Below, piece after piece: positions 1-13,390 of a DNA stretch of 64,000 nt. Origin of the DNA: Eledone cirrhosa (lineage: Eukaryota); contig OZ024757.1 in assembly GCA_964016885.1 (NCBI GenBank), positions 27,280,001 to 27,344,000 on the forward strand, given 5' to 3'. The notes beneath the pieces were generated by a model, which searched no databases, had not been told where the DNA came from, and saw only the letters and a list, made by a program, of their open reading frames with translations. Position numbers and translations under genes: made by a program. Every line of letters begins with the position of its first letter. The first letter of the stretch is position 1.

Positions 1-1163
1 TAAATTTTGTCATTTTTCAAGATGTAGGGTATGATTGAGGGCAGAGACGTTCCACAGGTAAAAACAAGACTGGGCAGCAACACCAAGCTAAAAGGTTTGA
101 CTAGATGGTGCTGTTATTTAAATTTAGTTGATAAAAAAAAAAAATGGGAATGAATAAATAAAAGAACATAAAATATCGTTTTTTCATCCAATCCTCCAAT
201 CATCACTATCACCATCATTGTCATCATCTGTCTATACTAATAGCAAATGTGCAATCACCCACTCTCTCTCTCACACATGCACATTTATAGACACACGCAC
301 ACCGGCATATACACACATATAGAGCCAAATACACATACACACATATAGAGCCAAATACACATACACACATATAGAGCCAAATACACATACAGACATATAC
401 AGCCAAATATATACACATACATACACATACTGACATATATAAATACACAGACATATACACACATATACAGCCAATATACACACATATACACACACACATA
501 TATAGCCAAATATATACACACACACACACACACACATATATAGGCAAATATATATACACAGAAATACACACATAGACACAAACATACTTTCGCAGTAAAT
601 TCAACCTCCTTTCTCTCTCAAGTGCTCCTCACATTACTACACATCATTAGACAGAGTGGTGGGGTTTCTTTTACTACTACCACCTCTATCCACACTCCAT
701 TTGCTGTGACAGTCAGGGCAGGTTTCACCTGTCATCCAGTGGAAACTGAAATATGCCTTTTAAATAGCATGGTTGCAGGACAGATAAATATAGACTGTGT
801 AGTAACAACAACAACAACAATAGGCTGCATGTAGTAACAAAAAAAAAAAAAACCAACAGCAACAACAACAGACTACATGTAGTAACAACAACAACAATAT
901 AGATTGCATGTAGCAACAACAACAACAACATTGTGTGTGTGTAGTAGCAACAACATCAATACACATGAGCTTGGCTTCGGTTAATGGTGGTGGTGGTGGT
1001 GAAGATATTGATATTTTTTCATTCAGTAGCAAACAGGATAGACAGATACATGGGTGGATAGACATACAGACAGACAGACAGACAGGTTAGGTAGATGATA
1101 GATAGATAATATAGGTAGGTAGATAGAGAGGCAGACAGACATATAGATAGACAGATAGATATG

Positions 1164-1408
1164 TTTCTTTATTAGCCACAGGGGCACAAATGAAGGGGAC
1201 AAATACAAAGGGGGAAGTTTACATACAATAAAAACGTGTAAAATGTTATCACAAATGCAATTTAAAAAATTAGTCGATTTTCCCCAATAGGGGGAGACAG
1301 TTCATATGGGTAACACATACCCCCGAAAAAATGTGCAACCCTCATCTCCAGGAGTACGAAGAGTTTGTACTCCTTTCTTCTCCTCCTCCTTTTCCTCAAC
1401 CTACAGGC
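1164..1408 (-). mobile_element. Tx1/L1-like LINE, 3' UTR fragment
   Basis: Same 3' end (CCCCTGTGGCTAATAAAGAAA) as the longer copies at 1542 and 34704; near-identical to 36154-36400; GATA/GACA arrays on both sides. Confidence 0.75.
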
Positions 1409-1541
1409 GATAGACAGATTGATAGATAGACAGAGATAAACAGACAGACAGACATATAGATAGATAGATAGATAGATAATATAGGTAGGTAGGTAGATAG
1501 ACTGACAGACAGACAGACAAGTAAATAGAGAGATAGATAAA

Positions 1542-2413
1542 TTTCTTTATTAGCCACAAGGGCACAAAAGAAGGGGACAAATACAAATGGGGAGTTTACA
1601 TACAGGTATATGAAAATAAAACTATTAATAAATTAACAAATAACAATTGAAATCCCCAATAGGAGGGAGGCGTTACACAGGGGTTGTACACACCCTGAAA
1701 AAATGTACAACCCTCATCTCCAGGAGCACCAAGAGTGAGTACTCCCTTCCTCTCTTCCTCTTTTTCCTCAACCTACAGGCTTATATAGAGAGAAGGCCCA
1801 ACCAGTCGGGCCATCTTTGCCACATTCACCCACCTTTTATAAAATTTGCTGGGGTACAGCACCTCTCTCTCCATCCTCATTCTTCTTCCAAAATGATATT
1901 TGAAAAAACGAATCAGTTGCTCGCCGGAGAGAAAGGTGTCTGATCTCAGCCCTTTTAACCTCGTCCACCATATAACCTCTTTCACCATAGCCATAACACA
2001 TAGGAAAACTGCCTCTCCCTCGTTTTTGAAGGGGGGGTGGCAGTTTGATCATGACAATGGACTCGGTGGTCAACTGGATTGGTCCCACCCGCGACAATAG
2101 TCATTCTACATAGCCCCACAGGTCGGTAACGCCCAGGCAGTGTACAAATGCATGCGCGACGGTTTCCTCGTCGCGCACGCATCTCGGACAGATCTTTTTC
2201 GAAGGGTCCCTACCCGGGCGCCCGTGTCTGTAGAGCTTGTCTCGAACTGGTAGAGCTCCTCGGTAGCACTGCCAGGCCAGGGACTTTTGGAAGTTGTCCA
2301 TTGGTCCCGGGCAGAAGGTCCTACCGAACAGACTGGCCAGTTCGTCCTCCTCTACGCCTAGAGTTTCTCCGAGCGTGTCGTCGCACTTGCTGCGGACCAA
2401 CCCTCTATAGAAT
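1542..2413 (-). mobile_element. 5'-truncated Tx1/L1-clade non-LTR retrotransposon (ORF2 C-terminus and 3' UTR)
   Basis: Encodes FQKSLAWQCYRGALPVRDKLYRHG...CPRCVRDEETVAHAFVHC, the zf-RVT-type CxxC...ETxxHxFxxC motif; frame-disrupted; homologous to 34970-35834. Confidence 0.85.
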
Positions 2414-2764
2414 AGAGAGATAGATAGATAGACAAACAGATAGATAGATAGATAATATAGGTGGGCAGATAGATAGACAGACAGGACATATAGATAAACA
2501 GACATATAGATAGACAGACAGGTAAATAGAGAGATAGATAGATAGATAGATAAACGGACAATATATAAACAGGTAGACAGAGACCTTTAGTTGGAAAGAG
2601 AGAGAAAGCGAGAAATACTGGGGACGGAGTAGGAAAAAAATAAAGAGATATTTAACAAGAGAAAAGGAAAAGAGAGGCAAGGCAAGGCAAGATATATATA
2701 TATATATATATATCATCATCATCATCATCATCATTTGACGTCCACATATATATATATAAGCAAA

Positions 2765-3100
2765 AGCGGGGTTTATGTTCCTAGAGCACCCGCGAAAAGT
2801 GAAAAACCGTGAATATTGGATGTGGTACATAAAAATGCCTCTAAACGTCAAAATATAATGAAATAAAAAAGGAGCGTCTTATGCGAAGGGGCGTCTAATA
2901 TGCCGGCAAATACAGTATATTGTTATTAATAATTTAGCGTTAAAACATATATATATCGCCATGAAAAATGCCATAAAAAAATTGTGGAAGTTATTTATGA
3001 TTCCGCAAATATGCGATGGTTTCCACAAACTATTATTAGTTAAGTTTTAAAGAAAATTCTACAAATAACCGGGACTGCGAATGCCGGAGGTACACTGTAA
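2765..3100. mobile_element. pogo/Tigger/Tc2-like DNA transposon end fragments
   Basis: CpG-rich patch with TIR-like ends GCGTCTAATATGCCGGCAAATACAG-TA (~2914) and GCGAATGCCGGAGGTACACTG-TA (~3098); family assigned from recalled similarity only. Confidence 0.4.
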
Positions 3101-3513
3101 TGGCATGGATCTATCAACCACAAGCAAGATCTTCTAATACATGGAGGCAATGAAAAGATTCAACAACAGAAACATTTAACTACTTTATAGCTGTTATTCA
3201 AATTTTCTTACTTTGATTTATTTTGCTTCCTTTATTTTTCCTTTTCTCTCTGATTTTTTTGTTTCTTTGTAAATTATGAGAGATCACAGCTCTGATACTA
3301 TGTGCATGGGGTTAGAATGTTTCAAGAAAGAATTGCTGGACAGATTTATAGCTTGGAGATCAGAGAGTGACTCTAGGTAGAGCCGCTACTTTTCCAAAGG
3401 AAAAGAGGAGAGTCTTATACTCCCAGTCACTTAACGCCAGTAAAACCAGGATAAACAACAACCTGATGAGCCTCCAGACTTGGGACAAACTTTAACTCTT
3501 TTTTTTTTCTTAA

Positions 3514-3671
3514 CCCTTTATCATTTACATTACTCTGTATCTAATATTGTATATTTATGGTAAAGGCTTTATCTCACGTAATCTCGAGTCTACAAGATTC
3601 TGTTGGTTACGGAAGGTTTCAAAAAGGGGAAAGCATTGTGGCCGGATACAGCCAGTTTAAATGCTAAAGGG
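3514..3671. mobile_element. piggyBac-type MITE
   Basis: TTAA-CCCTTTA...TAAAGGG-TTAA termini; related copies at 45568-45788 and 49446-49665. Confidence 0.8.
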
Positions 3672-4540
3672 TTAACATGGCTTACCATTTCTACATGGAC
3701 ATTTAAGTTGACTAAATAAATAGATAAATAAATTAAGAGATTGTTTAATCCATCAGATTAATCCATGCAGATTTCAGCAGGTATTGAACCTGAAACCTGA
3801 AACATCAAAGTAACACACTAAGAACTCACTAGATTGGAATGGCAAAACATCTACCTGACTGCACCAGCTGTCATGATAGTCTGGCAGTTTAGTCTGATAG
3901 ATGATAGATAGTCATTGGGCAGGCAGGGTAGTCATCGCTTGATTACTAATTAATTAACAAAGCTATTAATAGACAAATTAAATGGCAAGATATAGGGTGA
4001 TGATGTATACACCTACAATGAAAGTTCTCTCTGCTCTCTCTTGCTGACATAATATATATGTGAGTGTGCGTATGTGTGTGTGTGTGTGCATGTGTTTGTT
4101 TTCTTGTCGTGGCCAATGGCAACTTCTTTTTCCGTCTTTAAGGGTCTTCACCCTATTTTATAAGCTATTTTACAGCAACTCTGTGCATGAGTACACCACT
4201 CTTTATATTAACTGTATCTCCTAAACACTTCGTTAAAGTCTGAGAGATCAACTACGTATGTTTGTTTATATATATATATTAATAGATCATTCCTCGAGCT
4301 GATTGACAGTGAAACATATGTAATATGATGCAACGCTGATTCTATGTTCCCTTATATATTAATATTATTGATACTCTGCTACCCAAGAGCAATGAGTGGT
4401 CATTCGGCATACCGCCTACAAACGCAATTAATTTGCACCTTTTTATATATATAAGTTTATCCCGGATTCAATCGGGGGTAACCACAGTAAGTAAGGTACT
4501 CAATACAAAGCAGAGTATAAATATTTAATATAGAATATTT

Positions 4541-4598
<58 letters not shown>

Positions 4599-4699
4599 TA
4601 TATATATGTGAGTCTTGTCTGTCAATCCTGTGAGTACACAGGGAAAACTCCACGGTAACAAGGTAACAAGACTAACTACCCACTACTGCTGGTAAAGAA

Positions 4700-4942
4700 C
4701 AGGCATTTATAGAAGTGGGTAGCCTCACAGTACAATACAGTGAATTATACAGATGGGTAGCCCATCATCCTCACAGTACAATACACAATTATAAAAGTGG
4801 GTAGCCCCTCACCCTCACAGTACAATACACAATTATAGAGATGGGTAGTCTGTCACCCTTACATTAAAATACACACAATTATAGAGGTAGGTAGCCCATC
4901 ACCCTCAAAGTATAATGTACACACAAGTATAGGGGTGGGTAA
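4700..4942. repeat. degenerate ~43-bp minisatellite
   Basis: About 5-6 units of GGGTAGCCCATCACCCTCACAGTACAATACACAATTATAGA. Confidence 0.8.
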
Positions 4943-5801
4943 CCTTAAGAAATTCTATGACACCCATAAAACATGACCAAAAGTGGCAGGGGTCAGCGGA
5001 AGTTGCTACTGTAGTCTGATAGAGATTACATCAGAGGCGAGGGACGTGAGGGACTGAGTAGATGTGGTGGTGGTGGTATTGTAATACTGGTGGTGGTGTT
5101 GTTAGTATTGTAATAAAGGTGGTGGTGGTGTTGTTAGTATTGTAATAGAGGTGGTGGTGGTGGTGGTGGTGTTGTGAGTATTGTAATGGTGGTGGTGGTG
5201 GTGTTGTGAGTATTGTAATGGTGGTGGTGGTGTTGTGAGTATTGTAATGGTGGTGGTGGTGTTGTGAGTATTATAATGGTGGTGGTGGTGGTGGTGGTAG
5301 GTGGTATTGCTTCAGTTGGTTGTAGTGGTGGCTATGGAAGTGGTTGCAGTGGTGGCAATGGTGGAGGTAGTTATGGAAGATTTGGTGGTGGTGGTGGTGG
5401 TACTGTTGCAGTTGGTGGCGGTGGTGATAGTGGCAGTGGTTGAGGTAGTGGCTATGGAAGTGGTGGTGTTGTAGGAGAAACTGATAATAGAAGAGATAAA
5501 ACATAATATTATTATTATAGTAATAATAAAACAATGACAGCAAGAGATAGCAGAGGGGTGGTTGGATGGCTGTTGGATCTGGCCTACTTCTCTAGCTCCT
5601 GCAGATGGCTACTACTACTACTACTACTAATACTACTACTACTACTACCACCACTACTACCACCACAACCACCACCATTACTACCATGACCACCATCATT
5701 ACTACCTCCAACACCACCACCACTACTACCACCACTACCACCACCATCATCACTACAACCACCAACACCAACACCACTACTATGACAACCACCACCTCGA
5801 T

Positions 5802-5841
<40 letters not shown>

Positions 5842-6051
5842 GATAAACTTCTGCTGCCACAACTACATAACATTCATTTAAGATCAACACTACAATATGG
5901 TGCATGGCTTAGTGGTTAGGAGATTCAGTTTAGGATTGTAAGGTTGTGAGCTTGAGCAGGGCACTTTACTTCACATTACTCCAGTAAATTCAGCTGTATA
6001 TACACATACATATATTATACACACACACACATACATATATATCTATATCAA

Positions 6052-6238
6052 ATAATTGTTTCTACTTTTGGCACAAGGCCAGCAAATTACCGAGTGTATT
6101 ACTGGTACATTATTTTATCGACCCCGTAAGGATGAAAGGCAAAGTTAACCTTGGCGGGATTTGAACTCAGAATGGCAAGGGCCGTAACTCTATGCGTCAA
6201 AGCATGGCGTCCGACCCTCTACCGATACTGCCAATCCA
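6052..6238 (-). mobile_element. tRNA-derived SINE family 1 (Deu/Nin-like core)
   Basis: A-box TGGCAGTATCGG, B-box GAGTTCAAATCC, core TTTGCCTTTCATCCTTACGGGGTCGATAAAAT..GTACCAGT, tail GGCCTTGTGCCAAAAGTAGAAACAATTATT; many dispersed copies. Confidence 0.9.
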
Positions 6239-6336
6239 GCTCAGGTGTGAGAAACCCAAATGCAGAAAATAACTGTACTAACAGTTGATCATAAAAAAAA
6301 AAGAAAAAGTAGTGACAATTATATTTAATAGGGGTG

Positions 6337-6503
6337 GCGCTGAATTGGCAGTATTGGTAGAAAGTCGAACGCCATGCTTTGCAGCAGAGTTACGGCCCTT
6401 TACAGTCTGAGTTCAAATCCTGCCGAGGTTAACTTTGCCTTTCGTCCTTATGGGGTCGATAAAATAAAGCACCAGTAATTGCTGGCCTTGTGCCAAAAGT
6501 AGA
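6337..6503 (+). mobile_element. SINE family 1 copy, inverted relative to 6052-6238
   Basis: Same A/B boxes, core and tail. Confidence 0.9.
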
Positions 6504-6797
6504 TATACACACAGATACATGCATGCCTGTGTATGGAAGGGGTAATATCAGGTGTAGTGTTGTTGAATTTCGGGAAGCATGGAAGTTTTGAAGGATGCAG
6601 GAATGAATGTATTGTACATTTACTACCACTACTGGTAATGTATAGTATATTTAATAATATATAGGCTGTTTATGAAAAACATTTGCAAGGCCTTTCGCTA
6701 TGAATTTTAAGTTTGTCACAATTGTGACATACCAAAAGCAGGCGGAAGTAATCGATATTCCCACCATTACTCACTTTTTAGTGGTTATCAAGACTAC

Positions 6798-7380
6798 ATA
6801 TCTTCCTGCCTTTGCTGAAGCTAAACTAAGCTAGATTCTTATAGAATTCTGCTTATGTTTAGGAGCAGATGAAACTCATTTGCATACAAAGTCGTAAACG
6901 GCCCAGTATAAATTAAATTAATACAAATATATATATGTATGTATATGTGTTGTTTCCTTGAGCAAGAGACTTTATTTCACATTGTTCCATTTTACTCAGC
7001 TGTAGAAATGAGATGATAGGAACTGGGGTCCCTATCATTCCACTGCAAAGTGGTCGTGGAGGTGCCACGGCAAAAAAGCACCCAGCACTCACTGTAAATG
7101 AGGTTGGTGTTAGGGAGGGCATCCAGCTGTAGAAATCAAGCCAGTATCAGTTCCCGTCCCACCCTTGCAAGCAGGGAAAACCGGACGTAAAATGATGATG
7201 ATGATGATATCTATATAGATAGATATAGATTATATACATACATAAATATATTTGTATTAATTTAATTTATACTGGGCCGTTTACGACTCCGTATGCAAAT
7301 GAGTTTCATCTGCTACTAAACATAAGCAGAATTCTATAAGAATCTAGCTTTGTTTAGCTTCAGCAATGGCAGGAAGATAT
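6798..7380. repeat. inverted repeat (arms ~6798-6932 and 7246-7380) with a SINE family 2 fragment in the spacer
   Basis: Arms are reverse complements with few mismatches; they contain a non-canonical hammerhead-like CTGAAGC...GAAACTC...GAGTC. Confidence 0.8.
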
Positions 7381-7704
7381 ATACATATACATTTTTATAT
7401 AATTTTACATCCACTTTTCCAGGTTAGGCGGATCTTTCTACTCATTGCATTTCTTCATGATCTCTTTTGTGAGCTTAAGCAACTTCAAATCAGCTCTCCA
7501 ACTTTCTGCTCAGGTCTTCCTTGGTCTCTTACTGCAGCTTCTTTCCACTGGGATATTCCTTCCAACAATCATTATCTATACACATTACATGTCCATACCA
7601 GTGCAGTCTTCTCTCCTGTACACTATGTCTGATCCCTCTTATACCCAGTTTTTTCTCTAAGCTCATCCATGATTCAATCGTTCATGCACATTAACATTGA
7701 ACAC

Positions 7705-8010
7705 CATAGGTAGAGCCGCTACTTCTCTGAATTGAGAGATCACAGCTATGATACTATGGGCATATGGTTAGAATGTCTTAGGAAAGAATAGCTGGACAGA
7801 TTTTACGGGCATAACTAACTGGCAAGAGACCTAGGGGTAGACCCTGAGCAAGATAGTTGGATAACATCTTTGAGCTTGGCTGGTCACGCTTGGGAATGCA
7901 GCCGGATCAGTTGGAAACGGTTGCTTCTTACAGGACCTGCTGGAAGGAGTGTTTGAGGACTCAGCCCCCACGATCCTCTCGGGAATAAGTAGGCAAAGAA
8001 AAAGAAGATA
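7705..8010 (+). mobile_element. RTE-like LINE 3' fragment
   Basis: LGMQPDQLETVASYRTCWKECL resembles an RTE ORF end and is followed by an AAGA-rich tail; related sequence at 3275-3400. Confidence 0.5.
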
Positions 8011-8022
8011 TATATATATAGT

Positions 8023-8410
8023 GAAGGTGCATGGCTTAGTGGTTAGAGCATTGAGCTTGCAATCGAAAGGTTGTGAGTTCAATTCTCGGACTGGGTGATG
8101 TGTTGTTTCCTTGAGCAAGACACTTTATTTCACATTGCTCCAGTTTACTCAGCTGTAAAAATGAGATGATAGGACTGGGGTCCCTATCATTCCACTGCAA
8201 AGTAGTCGTGGAGGTGCAAAAAAGCACCCAGCACTCACTATAAATGAGGTTGGTGTTAGGAAGGGCATCCAGCTGTAGAATCAAGCCAGAATCAGTTCCC
8301 ATATGAGCAAGACAAGGTCAACCGACTGGACACTGCCCACAACAGGACAACACATCTAACCCATGCTAGCGTGGAAGAACGGACGTAAAACAGTGATGAT
8401 GATGATGATG
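8023..8410 (+). mobile_element. tRNA-derived SINE family 2 (CORE-like centre, RTE-like tail ending in (GAT)n)
   Basis: A-box TGGCTTAGTGG, B-box GAGTTCAATTC, TCCTTGAGCAAGACACTTTATTTCAC core; other copies at 6945-7205, 38930-39280, 40578-40920 and 44995-45300. Confidence 0.85.
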
Positions 8411-9565
8411 ATATATATATCATGCCAAGAACAAGATAACTTCAGCATGGAAAAATGGACATTAAAACACTGATGATGGTGATGATGATGATGATGATGA
8501 TGATGATTAAAATCTTGGTAGTTAATTTACAGAATGTAAATTAACTTATGAGGAGGAGAAAGTCAAAAAGAAAGAAAAGGCAGCACAAGTCTCTAGCAAT
8601 ATGGTGACAATACTAGACAGTGGTGGGCTTAGTAGAAAACTAGACTGTGAGATCCCATTGTTCTCTAGTGATAAACTAACACAAAAACAACTACAACATT
8701 ACTACTACTACTACTACTAATAATAATAATAATAAATCTTCTCATAGTAACTAACTGATTTGAGATATTACAACAGTACTTAATATAATAGCTGCCACAC
8801 AGGTCACCAGGAGGTTTTACAATTGAGGGCAAGTGTACATATGAGTATACATGGATATGAGTGTATGTGTGTGTTTGAGTATGAGTATGTGTGTACATAC
8901 ATGTGTGACTGGAGATGCATTTATTTTTTGTGTGTCTGTGTGTGCCTGTGTATGTATGTTCATGTATGTATGAATGTCCTGTATATGTAAGAATGGATGG
9001 TTATGTCTGTGTATATGTGTCACTAGAGGTGTATTAATATACATATTTCTATGCATGCATGCATATATGTATATATATACAAATATATATATATATCATC
9101 ATCATCATCATCATTATTTAACATTTTATTTTTCCATACTAGCATGGGTTAGATGGTTTGTCCACATTATGAGACAAGTCTGGCCAGTTGACCGTGCCGT
9201 ACCTTGCTCAAATGTATTTTTGGCTGGGCTTTTACAGATGGATGTCCACAGGGTGCAGCCCAAACACTGCCCTGCCTTTGGTCCAGAGCCCATCACCCTA
9301 TCCCCTTCCTCCTCACTTTCTTCTATGGCCCAAGAGTCCTTGCTTTTCCCTTTCTTTTATTGCACTTATAGTCCTTTCCTCTACTTTTCCATACAGCCAG
9401 ATCTGCCCTTCTTTACCCGTTCCCCCTTTTCTCATTACTTAATTTTGTTTTTATCTTTCATTTTCATATTTATGTAATCACCAATGGTTTTTAAGCCAAC
9501 TTTGTGAATAAAATATAGTTTGGTATTGTGAAAAAAAAACTTCTGAAATGTAAGCATATATTTAG

Positions 9566-9840
9566 TGTATAACTAAATCAGGCAGTTTTATGAGCAAGTA
9601 TTATCATGGGCTTGTGCACAGTCTCTGTCAACCAAACTCCACTCACAACGTACTTGTTGCTCAACTCAATGCTATAGTAGAAGACATGCTTGAGGTGCTA
9701 AACCGGGAAACAAGGGTATAACTAAAGTAGGCAGTTTTATGAGCAAGTATTATCACAGGCTTCTGCACAGTCTCTGTCAACCAAATGCCACTCACAATGT
9801 ACTTGCTGCTCAACTCAATGCTATAGTAGAAGACATGCTG
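9566..9840. repeat. local tandem duplication, ~150-bp period
   Basis: GGCAGTTTTATGAGCAAGTATTATCA...TAGTAGAAGACATGCT occurs twice. Confidence 0.9.
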
Positions 9841-10123
9841 GAAACGTGGTTGTGAAGCTGTTTGCTTAAACTCAACACAGCTATGCTGTGGCCATATAAC
9901 TGATGGTGTTAATGTTGTTGATGCAGTTGTTGGTGTTGCTGCTGTTATTGTTATTGCTCTGGTTGCTATTGTTGTTGTCATTGCTACTGCTGTTGTTATT
10001 GTTGTTGTTGTTGTTGTTGTTGCAGAATGAAGGAAAAGTCAATGAGATACAATCTGACAGATCTTGTTTAGAAATTGTCAGGAGCAGTTGAATCTGTTCC
10101 TGCTGTGTGTGTATATGTGTGTG

Positions 10124-10183
<60 letters not shown>

Positions 10184-10187
10184 TACG

Positions 10188-10249
<62 letters not shown>

Positions 10250-11168
10250 TATATATGTGAGTTTGTGTGTATGTGTCTGTATGCATGCTTATGTGTATGT
10301 ATGTGACAATGCCACAAACACACAAACGTACATATACACAAATATATATGCACACACACACACACACATACACACAGTAATGTCATGGAGCAACCAGAGT
10401 GACTGAAATTTGTTCCACCTGAGGTAATCAAAGACACAGGTAAGTTGTAAACTAGACACTTGCATTGATTGTAAAGGTGGTGTTGATAGAGGTGGTGGTG
10501 GTGGTGATGGTGATACATAATGGTGATAGTGGTGGTTGTGGAAGTGGTGACGATGATGGAGGTGGTGGTGGTGGTGTTGGTGGAGGTAGTGGTGATAGTG
10601 GTGGTGGTGTTGATAGAGGTGGTAGTGGTAATGGTGATACGTGGTGGTGATGATGGAAGTGGTGGTGGTGTTGGTGGAGGTAGTGGTGGTGGTGGTCTTG
10701 GTGGAGGTAGTGGTGATAGTGGTGGTGGTGTTGATAGAGGTGGTAGTGGTAATGGTGATACATAATGGTGATAGTGGTGGTGATGATGGAGGCGGTGGTG
10801 GTGTTGGTGGAGGTAGTGGTGGTGGTGGTGTTGGTGGAGGTAGTGGTGATAGTGGTGGTGGTGTTGATAGAGGTGGTAGTGGTAATGGTGATACGTAATG
10901 GTGATAGTGGTGGTGATGATGGAGGTGGTGGTGGTGTTGGTGGAGGTAGTGGTGGTAATGGTGATAGTGGTGGTGGTGTTGATGGAGGTGGTGATGGTGA
11001 TAGTGGTGTTTGTGGAAGTGGTGATAATGATGATGGTGGTGGTGGTGGTAATAGTTACAGCTGGGAGAGAGGAGGAAGAAAGATATATATATATATATAT
11101 AGAGAGAGAGGGGGAGAGAGGCAAAAAGACACAGAGATGTTAGGTTCCCTTCCATTCTGATAGACAAT

Positions 11169-11925
11169 AGTGGATTGGCAGTATTGGTAGAGGGTCGGAC
11201 GCCCTGCTTTGCCGCATAGAGTTACGGCCCTTTCCATTCTGAGTTCAAATCCCACCGAGGTTAACTTTGCCTTTCATCCTTACGGGGTCGATAAAATAAA
11301 GTACCAGTAATGCACTGGGATAATTGCTGGCCTTGTGCCAAAAGTAGAAACAATTATTATTAGTATTGGTAGAGCGTCAGACACCATGTTGTGCAGCATA
11401 GAGTTATGGCCATTTACGTTCTGTGTTCAAATCCCCCCGAGATTAACTTTGCCTTGCATTCTTACGAGGTTGATAAAATAAAGTACCAGTAATGCACTGG
11501 GTGGTCAATTTAGTCGACTTTCCCCTCTCCCCAAATTACTGGCCTGTAATAGATATCATTATTATTATCGGTAGAGGGTCGGACGCCATGCTTTCCAGCA
11601 TAGTTACGTCCCTTTACGATCTGAGTTCAAATCCCACCGAGGTTGACTTTGCCTTTCATCCTTACGGGGTCGATAAAATAAAGTACCAGTAATGTACTGG
11701 GGTAATTGCTGGCCTTGTGTCTAAAATAGAAACAATTATTATTATTATCGGTAGAGCATCAGACACCATGCTTTGCAGCAGAGTTATGGCCCTTTGCGTT
11801 CTGAGACCAAATCCCACTAAGGTTAACTTTGCTTCTCATCCTTATGGGGGTCGATAAAATAAAGTAACAGTAATACACTGGGGTAATTGCTGGCCTGGTG
11901 CCAAAAGTAGAAACAATAATTATTA
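11169..11925 (+). mobile_element. head-to-tail chain of four SINE family 1 copies
   Basis: Four successive B-box/core/tail units, each joined to the next through ATT repeats. Confidence 0.9.
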
Positions 11926-12720
11926 TTACCTTCTATATTACATGGCTGAAACAATAATTTAAAAAAAGAAAAATTCTTCCATTTTTCCATGCAGTGCTGT
12001 GGCTGTCTGCCTGTATCTGGATGACTGTGGGGGTGGGGCGAGGGAGGGCAGAATGACAATGAGCAAGAGGAGTAGTGGGAGTTTGTGAGGGAGAGGAGGA
12101 AGGAAGAATAGAGAAGTACTACTACCACCACCACCACTGCCATCACCACTCCCGCAATACCATAACCAACACCATCATCACCACCACCAATACTATAAGG
12201 TTTGCTGGCTGGTGGTGGTGGTGGTTATGGCATTGGGGGAACGATGATGGTGGGGGGGGGGATGAGAATGAAAATGTGACACTTGCTGTCAAACATGACA
12301 AAATATCTGTTTACACATACTTATTATTATCATTATCAGTATCACCAGTATTATTAATATTGGTAGTAGTAGTAGTAGTAGTGGTGGTGGTGGTGGTGGT
12401 AGTGGTAATAGTAGTAATGGTTTCTTTATTAACCACAAGACATAAAGTATAACATTAAGGACAGCACAGGGCTGCATAGGAAGGTACAAATGGGCATTTC
12501 TGTGTGTAATGAAAAAAAAAACAATAACAAAGGAAGTAACAAAAAAATGAAACAAAAGAAATTTCCCAATAGGGTGGGGAGACCTCTGAGGGTCACTCAT
12601 GGAAAGCCCACAAAAAGCCTCAGTGACCCTGATCACCTACTATGGCTATGGCTATATATATATATCCTCAGCTCGATAGCTAGAACAGGTAAAAGAGTCA
12701 AAGACTATATACATATATCA

Positions 12721-13390
12721 TGTAGGTGTCATGACAAAAAGCACCCAGTCCACACTGTAAAGTGGTCATGTAGGAGTCAGGATAAAAAGCATCCAGCCCA
12801 CACTGTAAAGTGGTCATGTAGGTGTCAGGATAAAAAGCATCCAGTCCACACTGTAAAGTGGTCATGTAGGTGTCATGACAAAAAGCACCCAGTCCACACT
12901 GTAAAGTGGTCATGTAGGAGTCAGGATAAAAAGCACCCAGTCCACACTGTAAAGTGGTCATGTAGGAGTCAGGATAAAAAGCATCCAGCCCACACTGTAA
13001 AGTGGTCATGTAGGTGTCAGGATAAAAAGCATCCAGCCCACACTGTAAAGTGGTCATGTAGGAGTCAGGATAAAAAGCACCCAGTCCACACTGTAAAGTG
13101 GTCATGTAGGAGTCAGGATAAAAAGCACCCAGTCCACACTATAAAGTGGTCATGTAGGTGTCAGGATAAAAAGCATCCAGCCCACACTGTAAAGTGGTTG
13201 TATAGGAGTCAGGATAAAAAGCACCCAGCCCACACTGTAAAGTGGTTGTATAGGAGTCAGGATAAAAAGCGGCCAGCATAAATTGTAAAGTGGTCATGTA
13301 GGCGTCACGACAAAAATCACCCAACCCTCACTGTAAAGCGGTCATGTAGGTGTCTTGACAAAAAGCACCCAGTACACACTGTAAATGTGG
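12721..13390. repeat. 48-bp minisatellite, ~14 units, derived from a SINE/RTE-tail segment
   Basis: Unit TGTAGGAGTCAGGATAAAAAGCATCCAGCCCACACTGTAAAGTGGTCA; the last unit runs into GGTTGGTGTTAGGAAG, as in SINE family 2 tails. Confidence 0.9.

Noticed and set aside
6810-6900. Further hammerhead-like motifs (6810/7270, 3460, 37870, 44890, 46670)
   Set aside because: The core deviates from CTGAnGA or GAAA, or stem I does not pair; at best decayed relics
8023-8100. tRNA genes at SINE heads (also 28870, 40578, 63105)
   Set aside because: A/B boxes are present but there is no complete cloverleaf, and most continue into SINE core sequence
8533-8720. Protein-like open frame CKLTYEEEKVKKKEKAAQVSSN...
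   Set aside because: No recognisable domain or partner exons; the length is compatible with chance
10378-10445. Plus-strand mini-exon ending CAG|GTAAGT with an in-frame TGA (selenocysteine idea)
   Set aside because: Stops in all three frames, weak acceptor, no SECIS seen
11930-12030. Minus-strand exon candidate HPDTGRQPQHCMEKWKNF (Myb/SANT-like)
   Set aside because: The key residues come from CATGGAAAAATGGA, which matches the retroelement tail motif; weak donor
12490-13281. 263-aa ORF with 16-aa repeats, or a CRISPR-like array
   Set aside because: Head-to-tail 48-bp minisatellite with no unique spacers, derived from a SINE tail; eukaryotic context and no cas genes
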